DNA of 64,000 nucleotides from Azolla caroliniana (taxonomy: Eukaryota > Plantae > Polypodiophyta). The notes under the pieces are model-generated. The model did no database searches. It saw only the letters and a list, made by a program, of their open reading frames with translations, and had not been told where the DNA came from. Shown piece by piece: positions 50,816 to 64,000 of the stretch (positions are counted from its first letter, which is position 1; each line of letters starts with the position of its first letter). Where the stretch lies: contig JBHGNT010000001.1 of assembly GCA_043228905.1 (NCBI GenBank), positions 35,092,001 through 35,156,000 on the forward strand, given 5' to 3'. A program made the position numbers and the translations under genes.

Positions 50816-52480
50816 TGTACTTCCCTACGGCTGCAAGGATTTGACCAATGGGCATTTCGGGAAAATAACAAAAACCATGGGTGGATGGGTGTCCATTTCG
50901 AACCACCGGAAAAGATAACATAACAATTGACAAGTAATAGTTGGCTTAGTAGATCTTGTAGGTCTACCCATTCTGGGTCCCACCCATGTGTGCTTGGGAA
51001 ACATGTTCTTGGGTGCTCGATTTTCCTAGCAAGTTGTCATGCATGAAATGTTAAAAAATTGTGGGAGACACAACAAATCTTTAGGTAATATAGAGCATGC
51101 TTGTTATCCTTTCGAGACTTGGTTCTCTTGTATAAATATTTCCGAGAACATCACCTCACTGAATGAGGGCATCTTTTTCTCGAAAGAGAGTTCCCAATTG
51201 TATTGATGTAAACCAATATTGGTCTTCTATTCTCATTTTGCACCGAAGTTCTTTGTAGTTCCTCAACCAATACTCTTTTTTCAAAGATTGAGTCTTCGTT
51301 CAAACTAAAAGAGAAAGTCTACCTTTGAACCCATACCACATCAAATATGATCAAGGGAATTATTTTATCTACTCCTTATCCTCATTGTGTAGATGATTTT
51401 CATATCAATTCTAATTGAGGGCACTCTCTCAAGGTTTGTTTCTTGTTGGAGAGTGATCTATTATGAGTGAACTTGTAACTACGTTACTATGACTTTATTC
51501 AAGCTATAGTAGGCCCATATATATCGGCAAAGGAACATGTGCCGTTACACTCAATTTAATTGACAAACAAGGCATAGCTAAGGAAGAAGTTCTAACATCA
51601 GAATAGGTAGAACATTTATTTGAGTATCAATTGATTCAAGAAGGTTGTTTGACCACATTTTATGGCTAGATAAAAGTGTGTAACCTACATAAGAAATGGA
51701 GCAATAGAGAAAGTTGTGGCCATTCACGTGGGTGAGGTGTTCCAGAATAAGCTTGAAGCATAAAAAATGTTAATCAATCAACCGTGTAATCTAGGAGTAT
51801 ACTTTAGGTTGAATGTTTGTTAATGTTCAATATCAAGTTAAATCTATTGTTTTCCTCATTGTGGATTATGCTACCATGTTGTCAACCTTTACCCAATCAT
51901 GTAGGTTGAGTTAAAACATTAGCCATTTGGGCAACCTTTTGATGGTCTCAAAGCTTTGTGACCACAAACCATCATGTATAGGAATAACATTCCTTCATCT
52001 CTTGTACAATCTTATTTACTCTATAATGTGTATAACTTGAGGTTTAGATTATTCATCTCACAACTATCTCTACTATGACTAGAATTGAGAGGTCACCAAC
52101 ACACCTATATTACCCATGCGGTTTTCACTCTCTGAGTTGCCACTTTATTACAATGCAAGTGTTGAGATATCAAGCTCAACTAGGTTTAGTCATTTGGTCA
52201 ACCATGTAACTTAGTAATTACATAACTAGAATCTAGTTAGAAGTTTTCACTATAAAGCCTTAAAAAGGATTCTGAACTTGAATGGGATACATTCTAGATC
52301 CTCCACTACCAAATTCATTTAATATAGGACTTATATTCTTGTACCTATATTCTCCACCCTTGCACATGAGATCTATATATACCTCGTTGTGGGTATTTTT
52401 GTAACTTTATGCTTATAAATATAAAAAAGTCTTTAAGCTAGACTTGTGTCAATCATCCCCCATTGTGGCGTTCATAAGTG

Positions 52481-52483
<3 letters not shown>

Positions 52484-52552
<69 letters not shown>

Positions 52553-52560
52553 TCACTCAC
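52484..52560. repeat. Compound (CT)n(CA)n microsatellite
   Basis: Directly visible. Confidence 0.95.
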
Positions 52561-53268
52561 ATATCACATAGTCTTCTATTGCTTAATCACATACGTGATT
52601 AACTACTCACATAATTAGATAATAATTAACCCTTAGTTAATTACCTAATTATTAACAATAAGTGAAAGAACATTGTTCGTTAAAACCTTATTCTGTTAAT
52701 TCATGATGCTTGTGTAGTGTTGTGACACCATTTCAAGTTGAAAAGAAAATACACCCATGCCTCTTAAGTTCGTGGTAGCTTAGTCAAGATGATTGTTTTT
52801 GTCATTATTCTTTTTATTACATTGCTAAAATTTCATTGGAGTATAGTTTGAAATTAAAGGCATTATATTTTCATAATTCATACCATAGTCAAACTTTTAT
52901 TCATGAGAAAATTATGTAAGTTGACATTAAAGAACATATTTTCATAATTTGTGTGATGTTTACTTATGAGAGAATGATGTAAGATTTCGTCTTCATGGTA
53001 TGGTGAAAGAGGTAAGAGGAATGAATGTATTGCGAAAAAAGTTTGCATTTAAATACATGAGTCAAAAAAGCCTCTCAAATCTTGTAAAAATTAACAGAAG
53101 CTATTGCTGCCATCAATCATTTAGTCCATGAATAACTTGTGATGCTGATATAAAATCTTTGGGTTTCAACTTCCACGTTATACTCATTATACTGATGGTC
53201 AACACAGAAACTTCAGATTTTGATTCCCATGTTATTAGACTCCAACAGTGGCACAATGCATAATATTG

Positions 53269-56200
53269 CTAAACTCGTTCATATTTTCCTCCCCATCTAG
53301 ATAACACAAGGGGAAAATAAGTTGTAAGCAGCATTTCTTTCATTCTGTTATGAGTTTCAATCGTAAAGAGGCAACAGAGTAAAGGTAAGGAAATGTGAGG
53401 CCATGTAGTTGGTTTACCTTGGTATATTTTCTCCATCAGGAAGTTGAAGCTCTTCTAAAGGATTCTCAAAACTTTTAAAAACAGGGTCAAGCTTCTCTTC
53501 CGTGACATCTATGAAGGATACAGGATCCCACTAACGATATAGAAAACCCAAAAATATTAAAATATTATTTATTAACAAGTAGTTGCCCATGTGAATGTAA
53601 AAAATATTGATTAGAGAATCAAACCTTTGGAGCATTGTCTTTCTCAATTACAACAGCACGTATGCCCTGCATCCAAATTCAAGGTTCCTCCCTCAAAAAA
53701 CAAAGCTAATTGAATATGGTTATGTGCTATATACCTCTTATAAAAATTAATAGTTGTTTAGAGACCAAGGGTTCGAGGGATAGAAATATATCTGTAAATA
53801 TATGTATATTAGAGAGTTGAAGCATACCTCATACAGATCATTTGAAGCTAAACAGCCTAGTGCATTCATCGTAAGTCTGTATTCTTTGCGCACAGCATCA
53901 GCAAAAGATTGAGTTCTTCCCTCTCGAGCCTGAAGGCATGCAGAAAAATATGAGGTACTTAGTAACAATCGCAGGAAATAGGAAGAAAGAAAACAAAGCA
54001 TTCTCAGCATTTTATTGAGTTCGAGAAGAGAGTGAGATCATTACAGATCGAAAGGTCATCTTAACACCAATTGGTGAAGACCTTTTCAGAACTTTGATCG
54101 ACTCTTTTATCCATTCCGCGTCAGACTTCAAGCTCTCTGCAATCTGTTTGGCATCCAACGACACTCCATGACTATCAACCAACCCTAGGCATTTTATAAA
54201 CAATCCTTGGCACTTCAAAATATTTTTTCCATGCATCAAAAACAGGAAAAAAAATTCAATAAACAACAATGGAAACTATTTTTCACGTTGCTTTAACTCT
54301 CCCACAAGACTGTTAATTATAACATAGTACTAGCCCCTCCCTTTTCCACTCTCAAAACTTTCAATTCGTTACAGTATAATCAGGAAATTAAAAGTTAATG
54401 TCAACACTTTCATGGACACGCATCACATGAATTTGTAAGAGAATATGAGAAGATGGAAAGTGGTGTTCATGTAGCAAAGAATGTAGAGAGAAAATGCATG
54501 ATAGACAAATAAAGATATGGTGTCCACCAGCGTGATCACAAAGTAGATTTTAGATGGAGATCTGGACGACTAAAAGCTTTTCCAAAAAAGTGCTACTAGT
54601 ATGTTTATACTCGACTCAAGATTCCTCCCTCGATCATCGTGTAATAGGTGGTTTGGTGGGTAGGTAAGTGTTTCCTAATATTTGGCAGATAGGTACATAA
54701 GTGCCACTACCTATGAACTCAGTTCATCCCACTGCCATAGTAGTAACGAGGAAATAGTATAAAACAGCTTCTCAGAGGCAGAGCCCCTGAGGGGAGCGCA
54801 ATGCCCCAGACCCACAAATATGGTAGGGATTAGCTCACAACTATCTACAGCTGCACCAATCTCATTGGCATTCAAGCCACGATGCACCGATAGCTTCTCC
54901 TCATATGGAGGCCATTCAAAGTGCAATACATCATGTTATGTTAGCTAGTTACTAGAGGTTATCAATGAGTATATTCTAACAGCATTCACATCAGTCAAAA
55001 TGTGTAAAAGCAAATACTCACAAGGGCCTCAAGAATGTCTTCTACACTGCCCTTTGAGAAGATGCCATTCAAAGTATCCAGGCTGTAACACCAACAAAGT
55101 ATACCCAAGTGAGAATATGTCTTTCGCTTGGTATCAAAATCATTTGCCTCAGTAGTATTCATATTGATTAACATGAATATATAGTTTACCAATGAGTAGA
55201 ACAAAGATCATCAAATGCCTAGATAACACAATAGTTTGAAGGACCATACTTGTGAAGCGCACTCTTTTCTCCGATCTTGGCAGTTGACGCAAACTTGGCA
55301 ATCACTTCTGAAATACTAGACTCATCTGAGGTGTTGATATTTACAAGTGATTCTTCAAGTTCTTGTAGTTTCTAGATCAATGACCATGGTGTCATAGTTA
55401 TTGAAAGGAAAAACGCATGGAATCAACGGTTCACTTCATATAATGAGCATTATGATACCTCGGAATGGACAAAGTGAGTTGCAAGGCCACAAGAGATCAT
55501 ATCTGCTCCATCAATGCGTGCACCCGTTATTGCCAAATAATCACCTAAAATGGAATACAAACTAAAATTAACCAATACTACACCAAGGCTGGCAAAAAAG
55601 AGGATTTCTCGTTGTGTATACATACACACAAACATAAATACATAAATACAGTTATAAGACCAGAATTCTTAAGCTTACAGGTTAAATAAAGTAAAAGTGT
55701 CAGAGAGAATGAAAGATGCATGATAATAAATAAATAAATAGAGAACCAAAGTCAACAACTACAAAAATATGTTGAGTGCATATCTATACAACATGATAAG
55801 TTCATCTCAAGGAGCACAAATATTATGCATAGCATGAAGTAGAGTCTCTTTCATCAACTTACCAACATAACCCGGCAAATGCGAAAGAAAGAATGAGGCA
55901 CCGACATCTGTATGAAATCCTATGGCAGCCTCTGGCATTGAAAAGACCTGATGGAAAATTTATGATATAGTTTGATGGTCACTAATTTATGGCAATAATC
56001 TGCTTTTTCATCATCCAAATGGCCCAAAAATGCCAGTTGATTCCATTTAATAGAAATGTTTGATCACAAAGTTTGCATAGGCTAAACTAGGAAACATTGA
56101 AGAAACATCAATGACAGGGTCTCATGTAGCATTAACAGTTTGAAGAACTTTGAAATTAGAAATAAAATCAGTTAAAAGACAGAGAGCATGACATAAACCA

Positions 56201-58030
56201 AATAGGTTGTAGTAGTTTCATACACAACTGGAATCCTGGTGTCACGTTAAACTTGTGAAAGTTTTTAAGTTTCAGGATTTCTTGATCCTGAGGTTACAAG
56301 CCAGTTTGGATCATTTCTACCCTAGTTAACTCCATTAAGGTATGTGATTCCCAAACTAATTATCAGTCTTTAATCGATTCCATTAATGCACAACACCAGC
56401 TCTGGTCACAAATATACAGAGGAAATCAGAGAAGTAAACCATCAACTTTCAAGCATTTTGATGATTACTCTAACCAACATGAACCTTTACGATGCCATCA
56501 TCAATCAATAATCAAATAAAAAAGTAAAAGAAAATAACCAACAAACATTCCCTTTTACCATTATAGTCTATCTACCTAAACCTTACACATGTGTCTATAG
56601 AGCGTATATAAACAAATTACTCACAGTTTTCTCTGTAACAACTCTAAATCGACAAGGTATACTCAATCCCGCACCTCCACCCATGACAAGCCCATTTAGC
56701 AACGCCACCTATGGAAATGTTAAGAAAAGAAAAATGGGCAGAGAAAGAAAAACCAATATAAATAGCCTAAAAAGAATCGCTGACCATGAATATTAATGAC
56801 CCAAGTTAAAGAAAGATCATTACCACTGGCTTCTTATATGAGTGAAGATGAAAATCCAGCCAATATTTTTTGTAAACCACTTCTCGGCACATTCCATCAT
56901 CTAGAAAGTTTACAGTAAATAAATAAGTATATATATTTATATATCAAGCATATTGTTTTTTATTGAAATTTCTACTAAAGATAGCACCAAACATCACACC
57001 TTCTCTTCCATGTTTATAGAACATACGGAGGTCACCTCCAGCACAAAATGCTCGTCCAGTACCCTGTTGATTGCTTCATTAAGACCCATCATTATACTAC
57101 CTGATTGATTGCTATACACAAATACTTAAAGAATTCAACAATTAAACCATCCCACATTGAGAGACCTATTATGGCTTTCGTTCCAATGATGCACCAAAAT
57201 GTGCATGTTTACGCTAATAATGGATTGATATATGAGAATTCTTAAAGAATTAAACAATTAGATATAAACTTCATATCGCTTTCCTTTCAATGGTGCATCA
57301 AACCTCACGTTTATCATTTAAAGCCAGATGATATACTATACTTATTTGCCCCACTATCCTAATCCTGGAGTATTTTTGAAAGTTCAACATTAACAATGAG
57401 CATGTTGATATAACTTAAATACCTTCAAGATTATCAGCTTCACATCATCATCCGCCTCCCACTTCTCATAAACCTCAATCAACCTTCTCACCTAAAAACA
57501 CATGAAACTGACTATTTGAAGTTTGAACTAATCCACATCATTTTTTAGTGTACAATTACATGAGTGGAATATATGCCTTCAACAAAAAGAAGGTATATTT
57601 AACATATATTCTTTATACATACCATAGGAAGGGTGATGCAATTGAGCTTGTGAGGCCTGTTTAAAGTTAAGATTCTGGTTCCATTCCTCTCTTCTTCGAT
57701 GAGACCCTGGTGTGGCCGATCCAGCTCATCAGTCAATAAGAAACATTATAGATAGCAAAACCTATATAGAAATCCAAATTGCTGCTGCCGAACTACCTAA
57801 ACCAAACCCATACAGATATACACTTTCTTTGGTGAAACATAGGTATTTTTACATATACATACACGTTCATAAGGCATACATACACACGCACACGTTCGAG
57901 ACAGACGTACATCAGTGTCTATAAATGTATATGTCGATATGAATGTACATAATATCCCGATTAATTCCTAAATGGAGTGAACGGAAGAAGGGGGGGAGCG
58001 TACCACTTCCACCAGGTAATCAGACGACAT
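53269..58030 (-). CDS. 3-hydroxyisobutyryl-CoA hydrolase-like protein (crotonase family; At1g06550/CHY1-like), about 15 exons
   Basis: Exons give MSSDYLVEV / GLIEEERNGTRILTLNRPHKLN / GTGRAFCAGGDL / VALLNGLVMGGGAG / VFSMPEAAIGFHTDVGASFFLSHLPG / GDYLAITGARIDGADMISCGLATHFV / SSPIGVKMT / EYRLT..SNDLYE / GIRAVVIEKDNAPK / ..RWGGKYERV*. Confidence 0.93.
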
Positions 58031-58315
58031 TGCAGCAACCGTCCGAATGTCTGTGTGTGTGTGTTAGAGAGAGATGTAGTGTTGTGTGAGAATGGCAATA
58101 ATTGTTCTGTTCGGGGCCTTTTTATCCAATGGAGGGGACGAGAGAGAGAGAGAGAGAAAGAGAGGGAGAGGGAGAGGGTAGAGCGCGTGTATTGTAATAA
58201 TTACCCGCCCGTGGGAGGAAGAAAGAAGATCACGAGATTTCTTCTTCTGCTTCTTCTTCTTCTTTTGCTGCTTCTCCGCGAGTCATTCATTTAACACACA
58301 ACACACATACATACA

Positions 58316-58397
58316 TACTCTGTTTTGGAGAGTGTCTACGTTTTCTTACTCTGTTTTGGATAAATCCATACTCTGTTTCTTACTCTGTTTTGGATAA
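58316..58397. repeat. Short repeated motif TACTCTGTTTTGGA (3-4 copies) in the divergent promoter region
   Basis: Copies at ~58316, 58347, 58369 (partial) and 58381. Confidence 0.7.
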
Positions 58398-59983
58398 ATA
58401 CTGAAATCTTGTCCTCCTTCCTCCTTTTTCTTCATGGAAAATGTAGGTTCTTCATGACCATAGACTGCCATCCAAGTTCCTTGTTTAGTTGATATTGCAC
58501 TTTAGGAATACGTATATGCAATGTTTCAGCAAGCAGCTTATTCTTTCGTGTGACACCTCCTATGTCCATAGCTCTAACTTCGACATCCCGAGTTCATTTG
58601 CTAACCATGAAAAGTGTTTTGATGCTTGGAAGGATGTGACGAGATAAAGAATTGGACCATTTTACAACAACAATACATTGATCAATGTAATCGATGGAAA
58701 TGATATGATATGCGCATAGAAATATAAACGAAGTGTTAGTCGTCTTCTAGCTCTTCTAGTTGAGGAAGCGAAATGTAGGCCTTTGCATGGGTACCACGGG
58801 AAGCATGTTTTTAGTCTGATTTCCTTTGAGATGTGTGAAGTAAAAATATAATTTTGGACAAAGAGTTCTATTTCTTTTCGATATGATTCAGGGTGACCAA
58901 CCTTCGACAACTTTGGTAGCTTATTGTATTGAGAAGGTTGGGGTAAATTTTGGAAAAATAAACGTATGATCAGCATGTGACATATTATAGATCAATGGTA
59001 GCCAATATATATGTTGACTTCTTGCAAAGGTATACTAATGTAGTGTGACATCCTTTGTCATGTAAAGAGGTTTAATTTTTTATGCAAAGGGGGGTATCTT
59101 GGACATCAAGTGAGCGAATACTCCTTCGAAAAATTGTTCCATTGTATAGCAAGTGATGGATTGATTTCAATGCAAAACAATGTTTATTAACAAATTATTG
59201 GCAATGGCATGAGGTAGTGAATACATGGAGCATACAAGAGTATTGTTGTTCTCGAATTTCATTACCTTGTTCATCTTTTATGACAAAAGGCTAAATATTA
59301 TGAGACAAATATCTCTTGTGATAAACTAATTAGCTCATTCCTTGTAGGGTTCAACAGGTCAGGGATGAGCACATAATAGCCAATGATAGATAAAGAAAAC
59401 GATATACAAAGCATAACGAGTGCATTTTGTCTCGAGGTGAATGTACATCTACTTTTCAAGAGAATGAATCAGTATGCACCAAAAATAACGGCAATAAGTT
59501 GATCTTATGTACTAGTGTCCTCGATGGATGTCATCCATATATACATACATATATGAGATGCTTTTGACGGGAAGCTACTATGGCATCTCTCTTAGAGAGG
59601 CCAAACTATAACCACAAAGGGTATACCAACAATACACATAAAAAAAGTCCACGATTTGGTTAGAAAGAGACATTCACTCCACTGATATACTTATTATATA
59701 TACACACAAGGGCCAAAACAGTATCCACAGAGGGGCTACGAAGAGGGGGTCGGCAACACGAGCAAGAACAAAGCCGATAAACGTGTTCATGAGAGTGTCT
59801 CGCATCAAGGGTTTCAAACCTTATCGGTGTCGGTCGGATCAGATCGGATGGGTGTGGCTAGAAGTGGCCAGAGAAATAGGAAGAGATGTTGTTATATTGT
59901 CCCCCAACATTGTGCATTGTGTGTGTGTGTGTGTGTTTGGGGGAGGAGACCGAGCCATTATCACTCTTTAAGGCCATTTCTAA

Positions 59984-62900
59984 ATGAATCCAACATTAAC
60001 CTGGCCTTGCTTAAGGTCCCTCCATCACCATTACCACCAAACCTCCTCCACTTTCAACTTGAGCAAACACAGGTTCAGGTCTGTGCTTGGCAGAACAGGG
60101 GAAGCAAGTTCAAGAACAGGTGGAGGGAGAACAAGAACAGGGGAAGGAATAAGAGGAAACTTCTCGGTAGTAATGGGAGGTCCTTCTTCTTCTTCTGTCT
60201 CCAATGAAGGAGATCTCACCCTCGACAATAGCAACATCAATATAAGTGACAGTGATAATAGAAGCATTGGCGCGCATGCATTTCTTTCTGGAGTCATGCC
60301 AAAGAAAGAGATAGGAGTGGAGCGATTCCTAGCTGCCCATCCCGAGTATGATGGAAGAGGCATACTCATTGCTATTTTTGGTATGATCTATCTCTTTCTC
60401 TCTGTTTGTACGTGTCCATATGCATAGACGTGAATGTGTGGTATGGAAGTAATGTGATTTGATAGATCAATGCAAGCCTGTGCCGTCAAATGTGCTTCTT
60501 TATATATCAACAGAAAGCTATCTATTTGCAAATATGTACATGCATGAATGTATGGTATGGAAATAATGTGATTTGATAGATCAATGCAAATTGTGTGGAA
60601 TCAAATGTGCTTCTATAGATATATCAACAGAGAGTTGTCTATTTGCATATATGTATATGCATGAATGTGACCATATGGGGCTTCAATAGATCACTATATT
60701 TGGATTGTGTACATCCCTGAATGTATAAGGCCCAGTGCTTCAAACGGATACCATATTTAAGATGATGGAAATTGCAAGGACCATGGACATATGGCGTACA
60801 AATAGAGGACAATGTTCCTATCCAAGAAGTGGGGGTATGCATATATTCCTGAATTGTGGAGGCACAGTTATTTGAAAGTTTACCATGTCTATGATAGAAA
60901 TTGTACTGATCATGGTCATAACACGTACAAGTATGGGTTTGATGATGGGACAATGTTCCTATCCAAGCAATGGAGATGCTTGACTAAGTACAAGAGGTCC
61001 TGGGGTCAAGTCTCAGTAAAATTCCATGTGCCCTATAGTAAAATTCTCGTTATAATGAAACTGGTATTTATGGCAGATTACTACGATGGGTTTAGGTTTC
61101 AGGGATGAGCATAGCTTCCATGAAAAATATCAACTTTTTGTCATTGGTAAAATTGATTAATCATTTCCGGCCATTTCTAGTGTTGCGGGGTCATATTGCA
61201 CATTTCCAGTCAGCAAAAAAATAAAATAATTTGATATTTTTTTGAATTCCCTTAGGTGGATGCTAGTGACAATTGTTAGGCAAAGTGCTGAATAAGAAGG
61301 ATGTAAGACTCCAACCCTGTGTGTAAGATAGATTGTATCACTCAATACAGAGGCTATGATGTAGGATATTCCTATATTTCCTCCTTTTCTATTCCAAAAA
61401 CCCAGGTGGCCAATATGTGGGTGATCTAGGTGGTGAGAATGGCAAGGTGTCAACTAGGTGGCCAACCTATGCGGTGCAAATGACACTAGCTAATAGGCTC
61501 ATTATAGCTGGAGTACCTAGGTACATCTAGAACTGTGTTTCTTGCTCTGGACATGCTTAGTAGGTCTATGGTAAGGTGGCAAATCAACATCTACTTTTCC
61601 TGGTTTTCTTACAAGAAACTGCGTATCAGAGTGTGGGATTCAGGAATCATAGCTCAGCTTCATCATTATGGTATCTAAACTGTTAACCAACACAATGATA
61701 GGGCACTTGTTGGCAGAAACTGCAACTCACTTTGAAGCAAATGCCACTTCGGCCCAATATTTCTCTCCAAGAGCTGAGGCATATGTCGCTAGTTGCGTTG
61801 ATTCCACTAAGGTGCCACTAGCAATGTAGTGTTGACATGAAGCTGAAATTTGTTTTGGAAAGTGCTTTCTTATTGCATTCCCCTTTTTCTTTGTTTATGA
61901 AATTCTTCTTATTCTTTTATTTATTTATTTCTATATCAGACTCTGGAGTAGATCCAGCTGCAGCTGGGCTACAAATAACATCGGATGGTAAACCAAAATT
62001 CGTAGATATTTTGGACTGGTATGTTCCTAGATTGCTATTAGTTCAAATCTGATCTATATATCATTTAAAATAGGGTTAATTATATGTATGTATATCTTCT
62101 GTTAATTTACAGCACAGGTAGTGGGGATGTTGATACTTCTACTGTAGTGAAAGCAGATGATGATGGATACATCAAAGGTGCCTCAGGTATTGAAAAAGTT
62201 ATTGCACATGCTAGTCTCCTTCTTATTATTTTAATATGCTTCAAATTATTCTGTTTGTAGTTTGCTAAAACATAATACTCTTATTGTGAGCTTCAGCTAT
62301 GATATTAGTAATCATAACTGCTTGTAGGTACATTATATAGGCATCATGGTATTTTTTGTTGGTGTTGATGCTCATTGTGAGAGATTTCATTGTATTGTAG
62401 GTGCTCGTTTACAATTAAATCCCACATGGAAAAATCCTACAGGGGAATGGCATATTGGATATAAGCTAGCTTATGAACTGTTCACTGAGACACTCGTGTC
62501 TCGTTTAAAGGTGACAATCTCATCTCTGCTATATTAATTCGTGTGGTTGTGCATGAGTAATGCAATCAAATTTGAGATGTATTTCAGTATTGATTGTTCT
62601 CGTTAGCTGCAAAATTTACAGTTACCTCTTTGGAGACTTAACACCTGCAAAATAATAGTTTTGCATCGTCAGTCGAATGTGCTATCGGAATAACTCAAAG
62701 GGCTCCTCCCTCCTATACTATAGGAAAATGCATCTCTATGTCTATGGATGGCACTTTGATAATGTTTTCTTTTTGCCCCAGCATGAAGGCTTCTTCTTAT
62801 CAACTCAAAATGGAATCTTTTACCTAGTTGTATTTCCACAACCATAATTTCAAGACAGATTTAACAAAAAATGGAAAATCATGAACTGTGATGAAGACTT

Positions 62901-63931
62901 GTGAGACATTCTATGCAAGGTGTTTGGTACCCACAGCCCCAGATCTACACTATTGTCACCATTCAGTCAACATCCTCTGAATAGGAGATGATTGTAGAAG
63001 TTTGGGAATCCTAAATTACCTTTAGCATTTACCTTTAGCAACCGTTACAAATGAAAATGGAAAACTTCCTAACGTCCTTATGTTTGAAATGTAAAGGTAT
63101 ATATGTTTCTGAATCAAAGAGAAAAACTATTGTGACTTGTGTTTTCTAGATTTTGGTCTCAATGGACAATCTAAAGAAAGTTTTTAATGATGTAAAGCTT
63201 CATAAATCAAATTAAGCATGCATCTGAATGTGGTGAGAAACATTTTGGTTCATAGCTTGTTGAGCTTGATCTGCTAGGCCTGTAACTGGCTGTTTTTAAT
63301 GGCATTGGTTTGTTCCAGATCTAATAAAATGTGTACAATCAGATTGTTAAGAAGGAAATTGGAAGAAAACTAAAATTTGTTAAATTTTTTATTTATATTT
63401 TCATTCCACAGCAAGAGCGAAAGAAGAAATGGGATGAGAAACATATGGACGCTGTTACAGAAGCACTGAGACGATTGTCAACATTTGACCAGGTAAACAG
63501 GCATAAAAGATTTGAAGTGTATAGTTTCTTACATTATTAATTTTGTAAACCAGATCAACCAATAAAAAGAACTTGTAGAGGACTGAAATGTCTAATTTTT
63601 AAATTGATTAAAAGATTCTTGATGCTGTAACCTCGTGGGTTGTTCTTTATGCTCGTGGCTTTTCTGGCATCCTTATATCATTATCTTATTTTGTGTTTAG
63701 CTGTTTGCTTAAGTCTTCTATTGCGCTTCATTGTTCTTCTGTATTGTGTCTTCCTGGAGGCATGATTCAAATTTCTTAAATACCTACATGCACATAATAT
63801 GTTATATAACTTATAAATAGCTGTGTGCATAATTTGATTTGCAGCACAATCCAAAACCTACAGATAGCACTTTGAAGAAGGAACGCGAGGATTTGCAGAA
63901 TCAGCTTGATCTCCTCCAGAAGTTATCAGAG
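59984..63931 (+). CDS. TPP2: Tripeptidyl-peptidase II (subtilase S8), 5' part; continues beyond the window
   Basis: Exons 59984-60380, 61940-62018, 62113-62186, 62401-62510, 63412-63492, 63845-63931 give [90 protein letters not shown]. Confidence 0.95.
60420..60670. repeat. ~115 bp tandem duplication (about 2.2 copies) in TPP2 intron 1
   Basis: TGAATGTRTGGTATGGAARTAATGTGATTTGATAGATCAATGCAA..TCAAATGTGCTTCT..ATATCAACAGA..TCTATTTGCA is repeated. Confidence 0.85.
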
Positions 63932-64000
63932 GTATAAACCAAACTGTCATCTGCTATCTATAATTAAACACTAACTGTGATAATGTAGTGAGCCAGTTCT

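Noticed and set aside
51000-52660. Possible LTR-retrotransposon remnant
   Set aside because: No paired LTRs, primer-binding site or intact RT/integrase motifs could be identified by eye.

Overview
AT-rich eukaryotic nuclear DNA from a land plant. The gene families, intron style, abundant (CT)n/(GA)n tracts and LINE debris suggest a fern or other non-seed vascular plant (inference). Seven spliced protein genes can be reconstructed by hand: an HNH-like/coiled-coil protein (+), DIM1B/TXNL4B (+), an HRS1/HHO (NIGT1-type) GARP transcription factor (+), a BLUS1/OSR1-type STE20 kinase (+), a DUF538 protein (-), a 3-hydroxyisobutyryl-CoA hydrolase-like protein (-) and the 5' part of tripeptidyl-peptidase II (+). 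Introns and intergenic DNA carry LINE fragments, fold-back/MITE-like elements, a short dispersed repeat family and tandem duplications. The most unusual unexplained structure is a ~1.3 kb array at ~22.3-23.6 kb, upstream of the HHO gene. It has about 12-14 diverged units that keep three short motifs in order between unrelated spacers. Many units can fold into a small hairpin, and on the minus strand many read as a tiny 'MEIFKF*'-like ORF. A stop-riddled antisense coding relic and a 44-bp palindromic minisatellite lie upstream of DIM1B. All exon boundaries were called by eye and no database searches were run.
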